A stretch of 36,714 nt of DNA, from NCBI GenBank assembly GCA_964458565.1, contig CAYWJO010000035.1:1-36714 (forward strand), given 5' to 3'. The stretch's first letter is position 1. Each line of letters begins with the position of its first letter. Position numbers and translations under genes: made by a program. Of the stretch, positions 28,219-35,966 are shown piece after piece. Under the pieces are notes generated by a model. It ran no database searches, was not told the origin of the DNA, and was given only the letters and a program-made list of their open reading frames with translations. Origin of the DNA: an uncultured archaeon. Lineage in GTDB: Archaea > Asgardarchaeota > Thorarchaeia > Thorarchaeales > Thorarchaeaceae.

Positions 28219-29403
28219 CTATCGTGTTCTAGCTGATGCAGTTTTCCTTCGCTTCTTAAGTTCGTCAATGTGTCGCCCATAATCAATTTGAGATACATGC
28301 GCAGCAGCGATTGGCAGCATTGCTATGAAGACAATGGCAAAACCCCAGACAACAGCTAGATCAACAAGAAAGGTTGAGTAGCTCCCATCTACAAACATAC
28401 CAATTAATGCACGATAGACATTCGAGATAGGAGAATAGGAGTCAACTACATCAAAACTCAACCCAACCAATTGCAGAGGTGCAATTCCACCTCCAATCAA
28501 CCAGTAGAATATGCCTGTGATAGCAGCAGTTGGAACAAGATACACAGAGTTTCTGAATACAGTACCGAGAAAAACTCCTACTGCTGAACATACAAATGCT
28601 AATCCGATTGAAAGTAGAAAATACGATGCAACGTCACCATTAGGCCAGATACCATATTGAAGTAATGATAGCCCAAGGAGTACAGGTACGGTAATGTAGC
28701 AGAGCGCGACTCCACTCAACATTTTACCTAGATAGATTGCATTCGGAGATTGATTCGATAATCGTATTTCATCGAATGTCTGTTGCTCGAACTCCTGTGT
28801 TACGGTAGATCCAGCAATGTATAGACTACTAAACATAATACTGTAAATTGAGATAGTCCAAGCCATGTATCCAAGCCGAGGATACGTATACTCTCTTGTT
28901 TGTTCGTATGCAAAGTCAACAAGTGCTTTATCACCAAGATATGTCTGATAGTAGATATCGAGCTTCCTAATGACTGGCATTCGGATATTCTTTGTTTGGT
29001 CTTCGTGCATGTTGTTCACTCTGATATGGATATTTGTTGATTGATTACCAGCCATCGCTTCTTCAAACCCATCAGGAATAGTGATGACGAGTAGAATATC
29101 ACCATTATCGAATGCAAGATCTGCTTCATCCGCACTGAGCTGCAAAAGATTGAGCCTTGGTGGTATCTCATCAGGCGCTCCCAGTGTGTCAATCAAAGAA
29201 TTAGTATAGAACCCTGGATTCTGTTCGTCTACTACAAGTGCAACATCGATTCCACTAGAGTATACACCTCCCATGAGTAGATTGAAAGCTATCCAGAACA
29301 TAATGGGTATAAGAATCACCAATAAGAGTTGACGTGGATGGCGTTTCCACACCTTCATCTCCTTCAAGAAAGTCGATTTCATAGTTCTCCAATATTGATT
29401 CAC
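28219..29403 (-). CDS. ABC-2 type exporter permease
   Basis: KE.K...R.P N-terminus, IPDGF extracellular domain, E.EQ.TF, 6 TM. Confidence 0.88.
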   Translation of the reverse strand: MNQYWRTMKSTFLKEMKVWKRHPRQLLLVILIPIMFWIAFNLLMGGVYSSGIDVALVVDEQNPGFYTNSLIDTLGAPDEIPPRLNLLQLSADEADLAFDNGDILLVITIPDGFEEAMAGNQSTNIHIRVNNMHEDQTKNIRMPVIRKLDIYYQTYLGDKALVDFAYEQTREYTYPRLGYMAWTISIYSIMFSSLYIAGSTVTQEFEQQTFDEIRLSNQSPNAIYLGKMLSGVALCYITVPVLLGLSLLQYGIWPNGDVASYFLLSIGLAFVCSAVGVFLGTVFRNSVYLVPTAAITGIFYWLIGGGIAPLQLVGLSFDVVDSYSPISNVYRALIGMFVDGSYSTFLVDLAVVWGFAIVFIAMLPIAAAHVSQIDYGRHIDELKKRRKTASARTR

Positions 29404-30533
29404 GAACCCTCAACCTCCTTGTTTGTAAGAAAAACTGCGATGATGGTTCCAATGAACCAAAATGCAAGAAGAATGACAGAGTTAAACAGAAGACCCTCAA
29501 CCGTATCAAAGAAATAAACACGATTCCACATAGCCATGCCATGAGTTGTTGGGAAGATATAGGTAGCATATCGAAAGGCTCTGGGGAGGAGTGCGACAGG
29601 AGCTATTCCACCACCCGCAAAAAATCCAATCACAGACAATAAGACACCTGCGAGTAATGCTTGTTCTTTGTTTTTAGTTAGTATACCGAATATTTCACCT
29701 ACAGGAACAAGTCCAATGATGGTGAGAAGCAAGATGATGAATAACACAAGCGGATTACCAGCAGGAAATACTCCGAACCAGAGTGTTATGACTGTAAATG
29801 TGATTAGGAGAACAAATAGTGTTCTTGGAATTGCAGCAAGAGTCCGCCCTAGTATGAGAGCAATCCGATTTGAGGGAGAATTAAGTTCATCATAGATCGC
29901 CTTTGTTTCGAACTGACCTGCAGTGAGTAATGCTTGACTTGCTAGTGTGCAGACAACGACTGAGAGAATGATGGCGGCACTTGCTGTATATGCAATGTTT
30001 GATGGAGTGTTCTCTAGATTCAGGGTTTCTTCCAATGCAATCTGCGCGTTTGATTGATCAAAATTAGGAGAGAATGCATCCTGATTGTATAGTAGCACAG
30101 CAACTTCTATACGATGAACGTAATTTTTTACAATGTCGTCATTCAGATTGTTAAGATGTAGAACAACATCGGCCTCAATCCCTGAAGTGAGATTTACTCC
30201 AAACCCATCAGGTATCAGGATATAAGCTATGAGACCTCCACTTGAAAGCAGACTAGAGGCCTCTGTTTGAGTGTAGCGTGTTATACGAAACCAAGTGTAA
30301 TTTGTTGTTGACTTCATCCCCTCTATTATTGCTGCCATTTCATCAGCTTGATAGGATTGATCCTCAACCACCAGCCCACAGACAAAAGATTCTCCGCCAC
30401 CGATTGAAGACCAAAGAATAGAATAGACCAAGAGAAAGACGAAAGGCACAATCAAAGATGGCCCGATAAAGCGAGGGTCTCTTCTTGCCAATCTTAGTTC
30501 CTTTCTGAGGACTGCAATAGTTTCTCTGAGCAT
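29400..30533 (-). CDS. ABC-2 type exporter permease
   Basis: RKELR..RRDP, IPDGF, P...LP...P.TH; 4-nt overlap with the next gene. Confidence 0.88.
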   Translation of the reverse strand: MLRETIAVLRKELRLARRDPRFIGPSLIVPFVFLLVYSILWSSIGGGESFVCGLVVEDQSYQADEMAAIIEGMKSTTNYTWFRITRYTQTEASSLLSSGGLIAYILIPDGFGVNLTSGIEADVVLHLNNLNDDIVKNYVHRIEVAVLLYNQDAFSPNFDQSNAQIALEETLNLENTPSNIAYTASAAIILSVVVCTLASQALLTAGQFETKAIYDELNSPSNRIALILGRTLAAIPRTLFVLLITFTVITLWFGVFPAGNPLVLFIILLLTIIGLVPVGEIFGILTKNKEQALLAGVLLSVIGFFAGGGIAPVALLPRAFRYATYIFPTTHGMAMWNRVYFFDTVEGLLFNSVILLAFWFIGTIIAVFLTNKEVEGS

Positions 30534-30534
30534 C

Positions 30535-31494
30535 TCAATCCCTCAGCTTTGAACCAGTAAGTGCCAGAAATACATCACCCAACGAAGGATCTCTCATAGA
30601 GGCCTGCTGAACATCTAGTCCTGCATCAACAAGTCGTGTAATGACTAAGGGTAAGTCCTTCTTTCCATCCTCCGTCTGTATCCACACTACAGCAGCCTTA
30701 TGGTCGAATCGCTGGAGCTTATCTATTCTGAGTGAAAGCTTGTTCTCAAACCAGCTGTCATCCATTGATTCCGATAGGTTCCCTAAATTGACTTCAATCA
30801 GGAACTTACCAACATGTTTCCGCTTGAGTTCATCAGGAGACCCTTCAGCAACGAGTTTTCCATGGTCAATAACAATCAATCGATCACCAAGAGCTTCCGC
30901 CTCATCCATGTAGTTAGTGCAAAATAGTACAGTTCGGCCCTCTTTCTTGAGTTTTCGAACCTGCTCCCAGATGAGATTCCTACTCTGGACATCAACCCCT
31001 AGAGACATCTCATCTAAAATTAACAGCTCTGAATCATGCATCATCGCTCTTACCAATGTTAGTCGCCTCTTCATCCCCCCGGAATACGTCTTTACCAAGT
31101 CATCCTTTCGGTGAGTGAGACCCGCTAGTTCAAGCATATCTGCAATCCTATCTTTCACAATATCCTTTGGAATACCGTACAGGTCAGCGTGATACTCTAA
31201 GGACTCCTGAGCTGTCAAATCATTATAGAGAGCGGTTTCTTGGGGCATGAAGCCAATCTTCTTTCTAATCTCACCCAGATTATCGGATACTTCAAGACCA
31301 TCCACTTTCACGATTCCGGATGTGGCTCTCAATATACCTGTAATGAGTTTTACAACCGTGGATTTACCAGCCCCATTGGGACCAAGGAGACCTAACACCT
31401 CACCACGCTTTACAGAAAATGATAGATTATCAATAGCCTTTATTTTCCCACCATAGTCATGGATCAAATTTTCAATCTCTACCATTTGGGGCAC
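30535..31494 (-). CDS. ABC exporter ATP-binding subunit (DrrA-like)
   Basis: GPNGAGKST, YSGGMKRR, LLILDE, C-terminal PSL.DVFL.LTG..LRD. Start is GTG 31494 (GGTGA SD) or ATG 31485. Confidence 0.93.
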   Translation of the reverse strand: MPQMVEIENLIHDYGGKIKAIDNLSFSVKRGEVLGLLGPNGAGKSTVVKLITGILRATSGIVKVDGLEVSDNLGEIRKKIGFMPQETALYNDLTAQESLEYHADLYGIPKDIVKDRIADMLELAGLTHRKDDLVKTYSGGMKRRLTLVRAMMHDSELLILDEMSLGVDVQSRNLIWEQVRKLKKEGRTVLFCTNYMDEAEALGDRLIVIDHGKLVAEGSPDELKRKHVGKFLIEVNLGNLSESMDDSWFENKLSLRIDKLQRFDHKAAVVWIQTEDGKKDLPLVITRLVDAGLDVQQASMRDPSLGDVFLALTGSKLRD

Positions 31495-31496
31495 TG

Positions 31497-31646
31497 CAAT
31501 CACCTTTGAGGTAACAAAGGAAACTGAATGATATAGGGTTGGTGTAACTCTCGAGGTTACACTCACTTGCAACTATGTCTTGGAAAGAGAACTGACTAGT
31601 GAATGCCAGAGCAATGTCCAAAATAGTGTAACCTCAAAAGTGACAA
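31497..31646. promoter_or_regulatory. Three copies of a 21-bp pseudo-palindromic operator-like box
   Basis: GTGTAAC-TCTCGAG-GTTACAC (31542-31562), GTGTAAC-CTCAAAA-GTGACAA (31626-31646), TTGTTAC-CTCAAAG-GTGATTG (minus strand, 31497-31517). Confidence 0.7.
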
Positions 31647-31683
31647 AGGATTCATGTATTTAGGTGTCATATGAATATATGAT

Positions 31684-32520
31684 GTGAATATCATGCAGAA
31701 TGATGATATCATAAAGGACCTCATGTGTCTAGGTCTTCACCGTAATGAAGCCAAAGCATACAAATCTCTAGTAACCCTTGGGAGTGCTTCTGCTCGAATC
31801 GTGGCAGAGGAGTCAGGAGTTCCCAGAAGCAAGGTCTATGAAGTCCTTTATTCTCTTGAGAACAAGGGTATGGTGAGAAGGGTAACAGGTACTGAACCAG
31901 CTGAGTTCACACCCATTGATCCAGAACAAGCAATAGACTATCTAGAGGAGATGATGAATCAGTCTGCAAAATCAGCAAAGGCTATTCTTAGTGAGTTAGC
32001 CAAGGATAAAGAATCAGATTTCGAAGAGATGGTCTGGACATTAACGGGTGACGAACAAATCAAGATGACAATAAGATCTGTAATAGCAAATGCTGAACGG
32101 GAGGTTTTCATTGCCACGAGAGACATTGGACTTCTGAAATCCCTGAAACCTTCAATGGCAAAAGCCAAACAAAGAGGAGTTGAAACTCAGCTTGTATCAG
32201 TTGGAAGCAGTCCCGAACTCTTTGAGGAGTTTAGACATTATCTCACATTCATCGATCTTGGAGATATGAGCTCGGAAGACCTGATAGAAACCTTGCAGAA
32301 AGTCATCAATGACCCATCTCTCGGGGCAACCGGATGGAATCCAAATGAGATGTCAATAATTGTTGTTGATAACAAAGAGAGTATTGGTCTATTCAAGAGT
32401 ATATCAGAAACAGTGAAACCATGGGCGCTTTACATCAGAAATCCGCTGATTGTGATATTCCAACGTCAGGTAATCATCTCGTTAATGGCTGCTATTGAGA
32501 GACTCTTTCTTAGCCAATGA
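31684..32520 (+). CDS. TrmB family transcriptional regulator
   Basis: LGL..NEAKAY.SL...G..SA..VA.ESGVPRSKVYEVL.SLE.KG.V; effector domain with I.NAE.EV.I. Confidence 0.93.
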   Translation: MNIMQNDDIIKDLMCLGLHRNEAKAYKSLVTLGSASARIVAEESGVPRSKVYEVLYSLENKGMVRRVTGTEPAEFTPIDPEQAIDYLEEMMNQSAKSAKAILSELAKDKESDFEEMVWTLTGDEQIKMTIRSVIANAEREVFIATRDIGLLKSLKPSMAKAKQRGVETQLVSVGSSPELFEEFRHYLTFIDLGDMSSEDLIETLQKVINDPSLGATGWNPNEMSIIVVDNKESIGLFKSISETVKPWALYIRNPLIVIFQRQVIISLMAAIERLFLSQ

Positions 32521-32631
32521 CTTAGATTTTGGGGTTTTGTAGGTCAACATATCCTACTGTTAATAGATGGTTCTCGGTAAACAGATTGATAACCTGTTTT
32601 TCGGTCTAGAGGGACATTCGGAGGAAACAAC

Positions 32632-33444
32632 ATGAAAGAACCTCTACTAAAAGACATCAGATGTCCTAAGTGCAAGAAGCGGTTGAAACTTGCAGAGATG
32701 TTTCAGCCTTTTGAAGAGATTGTAGAAACAACCCTTTTCTGCGACAAGGGACATACCTGGCCGGTTCAAAATGGGATTCCCTCACTCGTATTTCCACCAA
32801 TCACTGCAGAGGATATGAAGTGGATAAAAGAGTATGATGAGATGGCAGAGAACTATGATGAGACGGTGAAGCAGTATGATGAATGGCTCGGTACAAATCT
32901 GATGAAAGAGAGAGAGGCTTTCACACAGTTCATCACGATTGAGGGACCTGCCAGGATAATTGATGTCAGTGTAGGAACTGCAGCTAATTTTGAGGCACTT
33001 CATAATCATTTCAAGGGTAAACAGATGGGACGATTTGATTTGCATGGATTAGATGTGTCAACGGGAATGCTGAAGGTATCAAAGAGGAAAATGGAGGCGC
33101 TCAGCATTGATGTGTCGCTTATACATGGCAGTGTGTTCAATATTCCATATGAAGAGAACACGTTTGATATTGTCATTCATAGTGGAGGAATCAACACCTT
33201 TTCTGACATACCTAAAGCTCTCAAAGAGATGCTAAGAATTGTAAAACCAAAGGGATTTGTCATAGTCACTGATGAGGGACTATCACCAGAAGTCAGAAAC
33301 AGTCCTCGAGGACGAGAAATACTCAAAGCTAACAGTCTATTCGCAGCAAGACCACCTCTTGAACATGTACCCGATAACATCAAAGATCTGGAAGTCTCGT
33401 ATGTCCTAAATGGGACATTCTATCAAATGGTGTTCAGAAAGTAG
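32632..33444 (+). CDS. Class I SAM-dependent methyltransferase with N-terminal Trm112-like zinc ribbon
   Basis: CPKCK..L....L.C..GH.WP..NGIP; IIDVSVGTA motif I, GLDVS.GML, IPYEENTFD, L.EM.RIVKP.G; GGAGG SD. Confidence 0.9.
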   Translation: MKEPLLKDIRCPKCKKRLKLAEMFQPFEEIVETTLFCDKGHTWPVQNGIPSLVFPPITAEDMKWIKEYDEMAENYDETVKQYDEWLGTNLMKEREAFTQFITIEGPARIIDVSVGTAANFEALHNHFKGKQMGRFDLHGLDVSTGMLKVSKRKMEALSIDVSLIHGSVFNIPYEENTFDIVIHSGGINTFSDIPKALKEMLRIVKPKGFVIVTDEGLSPEVRNSPRGREILKANSLFAARPPLEHVPDNIKDLEVSYVLNGTFYQMVFRK

Positions 33445-33478
33445 AATTTGAGTTTTAAAAGGGATGAAAAAGAAGAGC

Positions 33479-33512
33479 CTGTGCTCACGTTGCCTCTAAC
33501 GCGAGCACATCT
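33479..33512 (-). repeat. 34-bp hairpin repeat, copy A (3' end of micropeptide operon A)
   Basis: 33/34 identical to 34181-34214. Minus-strand RNA UGUGCUCGCGUU-AGAGGC-AACGUGAGCACA (12 bp, one G-U), followed by a U-rich tract. Confidence 0.92.
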
Positions 33513-33601
33513 GTAAGTATAGTATCTTGAAGTTTGCCGCCTTGGTATCTTTCTCTTTGAGACTGTTCCTCAAGCTTCGAAGTCACGTCATTGTCAGTCA
33601 T
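33485..33601 (-). CDS. Micropeptide A4 (38 aa, acidic): MTDNDVTSKLEEQSQRERYQGGKLQDTILTDVLALEAT
   Basis: ATG after AAGGTAG-N6; same length and same DVLALEAT end as B4. Confidence 0.65.
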   Translation of the reverse strand: MTDNDVTSKLEEQSQRERYQGGKLQDTILTDVLALEAT

Positions 33602-33613
33602 GTTGATCTACCT

Positions 33614-33706
33614 TTAACGACGATATGTATATGCATGAGTAATAGCTCTTGTAGAGATCTTTCTACGCGGGGAGTACCTTCCGTTTTCGTTCTTTGCGAT
33701 TGCCAT
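33614..33706 (-). CDS. Micropeptide A3 (30 aa, basic): MAIAKNENGRYSPRRKISTRAITHAYTYRR
   Basis: GGAGGTG SD; clear paralog of B3. Confidence 0.82.
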   Translation of the reverse strand: MAIAKNENGRYSPRRKISTRAITHAYTYRR

Positions 33707-33724
33707 TTGTCTACACCTCCGTGT

Positions 33725-33841
33725 CTACATTTGCTTGTACATGTAGGCATGTACAAGAGCGTCGGTCGACTGGACCTTCGCCATCTTTTTGTTCATCTTC
33801 ACGTTGGATGAGTCTGCGCTTTCTTTAGCCAGAGCCATCAT
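33725..33841 (-). CDS. Micropeptide A2 (37-38 aa): (M)MALAKESADSSNVKMNKKMAKVQSTDALVHAYMYKQM
   Basis: AAGGAGG SD inside the end of A1, TAATG stop/start overlap; shares VKM..KMAKVQ.TDA with B2. Confidence 0.82.
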   Translation of the reverse strand: MMALAKESADSSNVKMNKKMAKVQSTDALVHAYMYKQM

Positions 33842-33948
33842 TATTTGCCTCCTTCATTGACGAATTCCATGTACAGGCTCTCATGGGTCATGAGTTGACG
33901 CCTGTTCAAGTCCTTCTTTCGTGAGGCTTTGTTTTCTGAGTCTGCCAT
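33841..33948 (-). CDS. Micropeptide A1 (35 aa): MADSENKASRKKDLNRRQLMTHESLYMEFVNEGGK
   Basis: GGTG SD; positional equivalent of B1 (MTHESLY vs MTNDALY). Confidence 0.72.
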   Translation of the reverse strand: MADSENKASRKKDLNRRQLMTHESLYMEFVNEGGK

Positions 33949-33971
33949 GCAAACACCGTACCTTATCATGT

Positions 33972-34028
33972 GCGGAATTCAATTCCGCTTGTTAATAATA
34001 TTACATCTTACATCTTAAATATTTATCG
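33972..34028 (-). promoter_or_regulatory. Putative promoter and 5' hairpin of operon A
   Basis: Minus-strand GATAAATATTTAAG (TATA-like, ~34015-34028), TGTAAGATGTAA downstream, perfect IR GCGGAATT-N-AATTCCGC at 33972-33988. Confidence 0.5.
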
Positions 34029-34180
34029 TTATTGTATTACTTTAATATAAAATATAATAAATTACAGGAAAATAGGCTGGTCAACAACAAAACTGCACCA
34101 AAAACGAATCTTACCTGAAAATTAGGCAAGAATTTAGAGAATAATTGTGTTAGGGAATCGAGTTTTCAAGAAAACAGGGA

Positions 34181-34214
34181 CTGTGCTCACGTTGCTTCTA
34201 ACGCGAGCACATCT
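34181..34214 (-). repeat. 34-bp hairpin repeat, copy B (3' end of micropeptide operon B)
   Basis: Single difference from copy A lies in the loop (and is synonymous, GAG/GAA); followed by CCCTGTTTTCTT. Confidence 0.92.
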
Positions 34215-34303
34215 TTTTCAAAGGTATGTCTAGATGAGATTTCACTGGATTCGTCCTCTATAGGTATTAATTCGGATGTTCTAAAGATTTTTTTCTCGCT
34301 CAT
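34187..34303 (-). CDS. Micropeptide B4 (38 aa, acidic): MSEKKIFRTSELIPIEDESSEISSRHTFEKDVLALEAT
   Basis: AGGTAG-N6-ATG as in A4 (alternative ATG at 34309). Confidence 0.65.
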   Translation of the reverse strand: MSEKKIFRTSELIPIEDESSEISSRHTFEKDVLALEAT

Positions 34304-34309
34304 CGTCAT

Positions 34310-34399
34310 CTACCTATACATATACGCATGCATGATTGCCTGTGTTGTAAACTTTCTGCGTGACTCGTATTTCCTGTCAGCTTTCTTTGAGAGTGCCAT
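34310..34399 (-). CDS. Micropeptide B3 (29 aa, basic): MALSKKADRKYESRRKFTTQAIMHAYMYR
   Basis: AGGAGGT SD in the last codons of B2; paralog of A3. Confidence 0.82.
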   Translation of the reverse strand: MALSKKADRKYESRRKFTTQAIMHAYMYR

Positions 34400-34407
34400 T
34401 TTGTTTC

Positions 34408-34515
34408 TTACCTCCTAAATTGATAGGCGTACCCGATAGCATCTGTAGCCTGGACTTTTGCCATCTTCGTGATCATCTTCACATCATTGGTTCGCTTGCC
34501 TTTTGCATGAGCCAT
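34408..34515 (-). CDS. Micropeptide B2 (35 aa, basic): MAHAKGKRTNDVKMITKMAKVQATDAIGYAYQFRR
   Basis: AGGAGG SD in the last codons of B1; paralog of A2. Confidence 0.82.
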   Translation of the reverse strand: MAHAKGKRTNDVKMITKMAKVQATDAIGYAYQFRR

Positions 34516-34521
34516 TTCTTT

Positions 34522-34632
34522 CTAGAGCCTCCTGTAGAGATAGGCATAGTAGAGGGCATCATTTGTCATCTGACGACCTTCTTTGAAGTACTTCCTCACT
34601 GGAGTTACTCTTGCTTGTACGTCTGTATGCAT
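34522..34632 (-). CDS. Micropeptide B1 (36 aa, basic): MHTDVQARVTPVRKYFKEGRQMTNDALYYAYLYRRL
   Basis: AAGGTG SD before ATG 34632 (the track ORF 34522..34704 is over-extended); carries the shared motif. Confidence 0.8.
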   Translation of the reverse strand: MHTDVQARVTPVRKYFKEGRQMTNDALYYAYLYRRL

Positions 34633-34658
34633 TGTTAGAACACCTTTAGGTTCGGAAT

Positions 34659-34738
34659 AATAGTTTGTATTGCAATCGTTTGCTATACAAACTATTCCAT
34701 TCACTATGTTACATTACACAATCGTATATAAGGTTTGC
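34659..34738 (-). promoter_or_regulatory. Putative promoter and 5' hairpin of operon B
   Basis: Minus-strand CAAACCTTATATA (BRE/TATA, TATA 34725-34731), TGTAATGTAA downstream, 17-bp stem with one mismatch at 34659-34696. Confidence 0.6.
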
Positions 34739-34843
34739 CCAACAAACCATTTCGGAAAATTGGTCAAAGTTCCCAATCATAAGCTTTAAAATGTATTTTG
34801 ACCCAAAATTATATGTAAATATATTATAGCAAGGGGTCGAAAT

Positions 34844-35653
34844 ATGGGTAAATCGATGATCTACGAAGATAATACGGATACATTCACGCCAATTAAACCC
34901 AATGAAGAGAAAAAAGAATTGGGACGTATTGTCACCATCACAAAAGAAGGAAAAGCCAAACCCAATGAAGTTGAGTTTGTTTTTGAACAAGAAAGAATCA
35001 ATGTGCTTGATGACCCCGTGAGGTTACAGATTCTGCAAATATTGAGAGATGGAATCGAAGACACTCAGACTACTGAGGAGTTCAAAGAGGAAACTGGTGA
35101 GAGGATAATTAGACAGAGAGTTGTAAGAAGGAACATCATGTCAGTTCTAGAGATTGTTGAAATGTCTGAGAAACTCGCAAAGAAAAAAGGAGATGATGAA
35201 CTCAAGCTCTCCAAGAACCAAATATACCATCATCTACCCATTCTTGAGGATCCTGGAAAATTCGTTGTTAAATATGCCACCGTTCAGAGAGGGAAGAGAT
35301 TCACAGACTATTATAGAAGGACAGCAGGGGGTTTTGTTCTCACTAGCGAACTGAGTGAACTGGATCATCAGACAATTCAGAAGAAATCAGCAGATTGGAT
35401 TGATCGAACCTCCAAGGTTTTTGACATCGATCTCACTGAAGAGCAGAAGAAGGAATTAGTTGAGTTACAGGTTGAAGCTATGAGATTTGAGTTTGAAAAT
35501 CGTAGTAGAATTGCAAGACTCATTCGTGGGGATGTAACGGACGACCACGTTCTAAGTATCTATGAGTGGCTAATCCACACATTTACCATTGGTAATCCGG
35601 AGTATATTAGAATCCAGAAAAAAATCAGATCGATTCTCTTTCCGAATGAATAA
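34844..35653 (+). CDS. ArsR-like winged-helix regulator, divergent from the micropeptide operons
   Basis: VLDDPVRLQILQIL, MSV.EI, SKNQIYHHL..L, YYRRTA. Confidence 0.8.
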   Translation: MGKSMIYEDNTDTFTPIKPNEEKKELGRIVTITKEGKAKPNEVEFVFEQERINVLDDPVRLQILQILRDGIEDTQTTEEFKEETGERIIRQRVVRRNIMSVLEIVEMSEKLAKKKGDDELKLSKNQIYHHLPILEDPGKFVVKYATVQRGKRFTDYYRRTAGGFVLTSELSELDHQTIQKKSADWIDRTSKVFDIDLTEEQKKELVELQVEAMRFEFENRSRIARLIRGDVTDDHVLSIYEWLIHTFTIGNPEYIRIQKKIRSILFPNE

Positions 35654-35890
35654 TTAGCAACTAGCACAGACATTTGTTTGAGTGTCTGCTACACCCTTAA
35701 TGGACCGAATTCTATCAACAACCAATGCACTGAGATCTTCATGTGTAGTACACACCACCTTGATGAGAATATCATATGCTCCGAAGATGACATATGCCTC
35801 AACGGTTTCTTCAATCTTCTCAATCTCAGCTAAAACATCGCGACTGTTTTCATTCGCAACATTGATCATAATGAATGCAGTTATTGGCAT
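35654..35890 (-). CDS. Stand-alone Lrp/AsnC ligand-binding (RAM) domain protein
   Basis: AFIMINV...V.EAY.IFGAYDILIKV......L...V..IR.I.GV.DT.T. Confidence 0.9.
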   Translation of the reverse strand: MPITAFIMINVANENSRDVLAEIEKIEETVEAYVIFGAYDILIKVVCTTHEDLSALVVDRIRSIKGVADTQTNVCASC

Positions 35891-35966
35891 TGAGAGTGGC
35901 CTCTAGATAGTAACCTAAGGGGAATTAACCTGTTAAACCTATTCCCTACCAATAAATAATTCGAAT

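Noticed and set aside
2914-33383. Numerous 60-140 aa track ORFs overlapping longer genes
   Set aside because: Antisense or alternate-frame shadows of well-supported CDSs.
33485-33487. UGA in the conserved hairpin as a selenocysteine/readthrough codon (also 34187-34189)
   Set aside because: Readthrough would add only short, poorly conserved tails (AQALLFHPF / AQSLFS). There is no redox motif, and the hairpin lacks recognisable SECIS features and contains the UGA itself.
33734-33757. Perfect 10-bp stem over the VHAYMYK codons of A2, suggesting the peptide motif is an RNA-structure artefact
   Set aside because: A weaker stem exists in B3 but not in A3, B1 or B2, while the amino-acid motif persists.
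33479-34214. 34-bp palindromic repeats as a CRISPR array
   Set aside because: Only two copies about 700 bp apart, coding sequence between them, and no cas genes.
33527-34638. Plus-strand track ORFs 33527..33811 and 34360..34638
   Set aside because: Antisense shadows of the micropeptide operons; no SD sites.
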